From assembly GCF_001194135.2 (NCBI RefSeq), contig NC_068992.1, positions 10,604,931 to 10,668,930 on the forward strand: a DNA stretch of 64,000 nt, written 5' to 3'. Made by a program: the position numbers and the translations under genes. The notes beneath the pieces were generated by a model that worked only from the letters and a program-made list of their open reading frames with translations, searched no databases and was not told the origin of the DNA. This DNA comes from Octopus bimaculoides (lineage: Eukaryota). Numbering within the stretch: the stretch's first letter is position 1; each line of letters begins with the position of its first letter. Positions 63,976-64,000 of the stretch are shown here, piece by piece.

Positions 63976-64000
63976 AGCACCTATATATATATATATATAT

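Overview
AT-rich, repeat-dominated eukaryotic genomic DNA from a gapped short-read scaffold. The N gaps are at 7145-7404, 8803-8842, 17350-17462, 19147-19277, 21262-21390, 27515-27973, 35631-35954, 39713-39961, 48997-49260 and 63723-63732. The SINE/LINE repertoire and dense (TA)n/(CA)n/(TATG)n/(GAT)n microsatellites look like Octopus (cephalopod) DNA; this is recognition from memory, not a database search. No intact protein-coding gene, rRNA, tRNA or CRISPR array is supported, and nearly all ORFs in the supplied track come from microsatellites, gaps or transposon debris. Recognisable elements are two RTE-clade LINE remnants, an RTE/BovB-like C-terminal remnant, two RLE-type (R4/Dong-like) LINE remnants, a CR1-clade RT remnant, mariner (DD34D) and maT-like (DD37D) transposase fragments, MITEs, and at least four tRNA-headed SINE families plus an RTE-tailed short repeat family. 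The window is probably intronic to a sparse multi-exon gene; the best exon candidate is 27165-27244 (+), and phase-compatible neighbours exist. The most unusual signal is fold-back structure at many scales. This includes a ~3.7 kb degenerate palindrome (565-4250) interrupted by a LINE in one arm and a mariner in the other, three apparently unrelated 250-470 bp degenerate palindromes, a pre-miRNA-like hairpin (50685-50749) and several perfect short hairpins. There is also a templated-insertion-like mosaic next to a gap (17463-18088).
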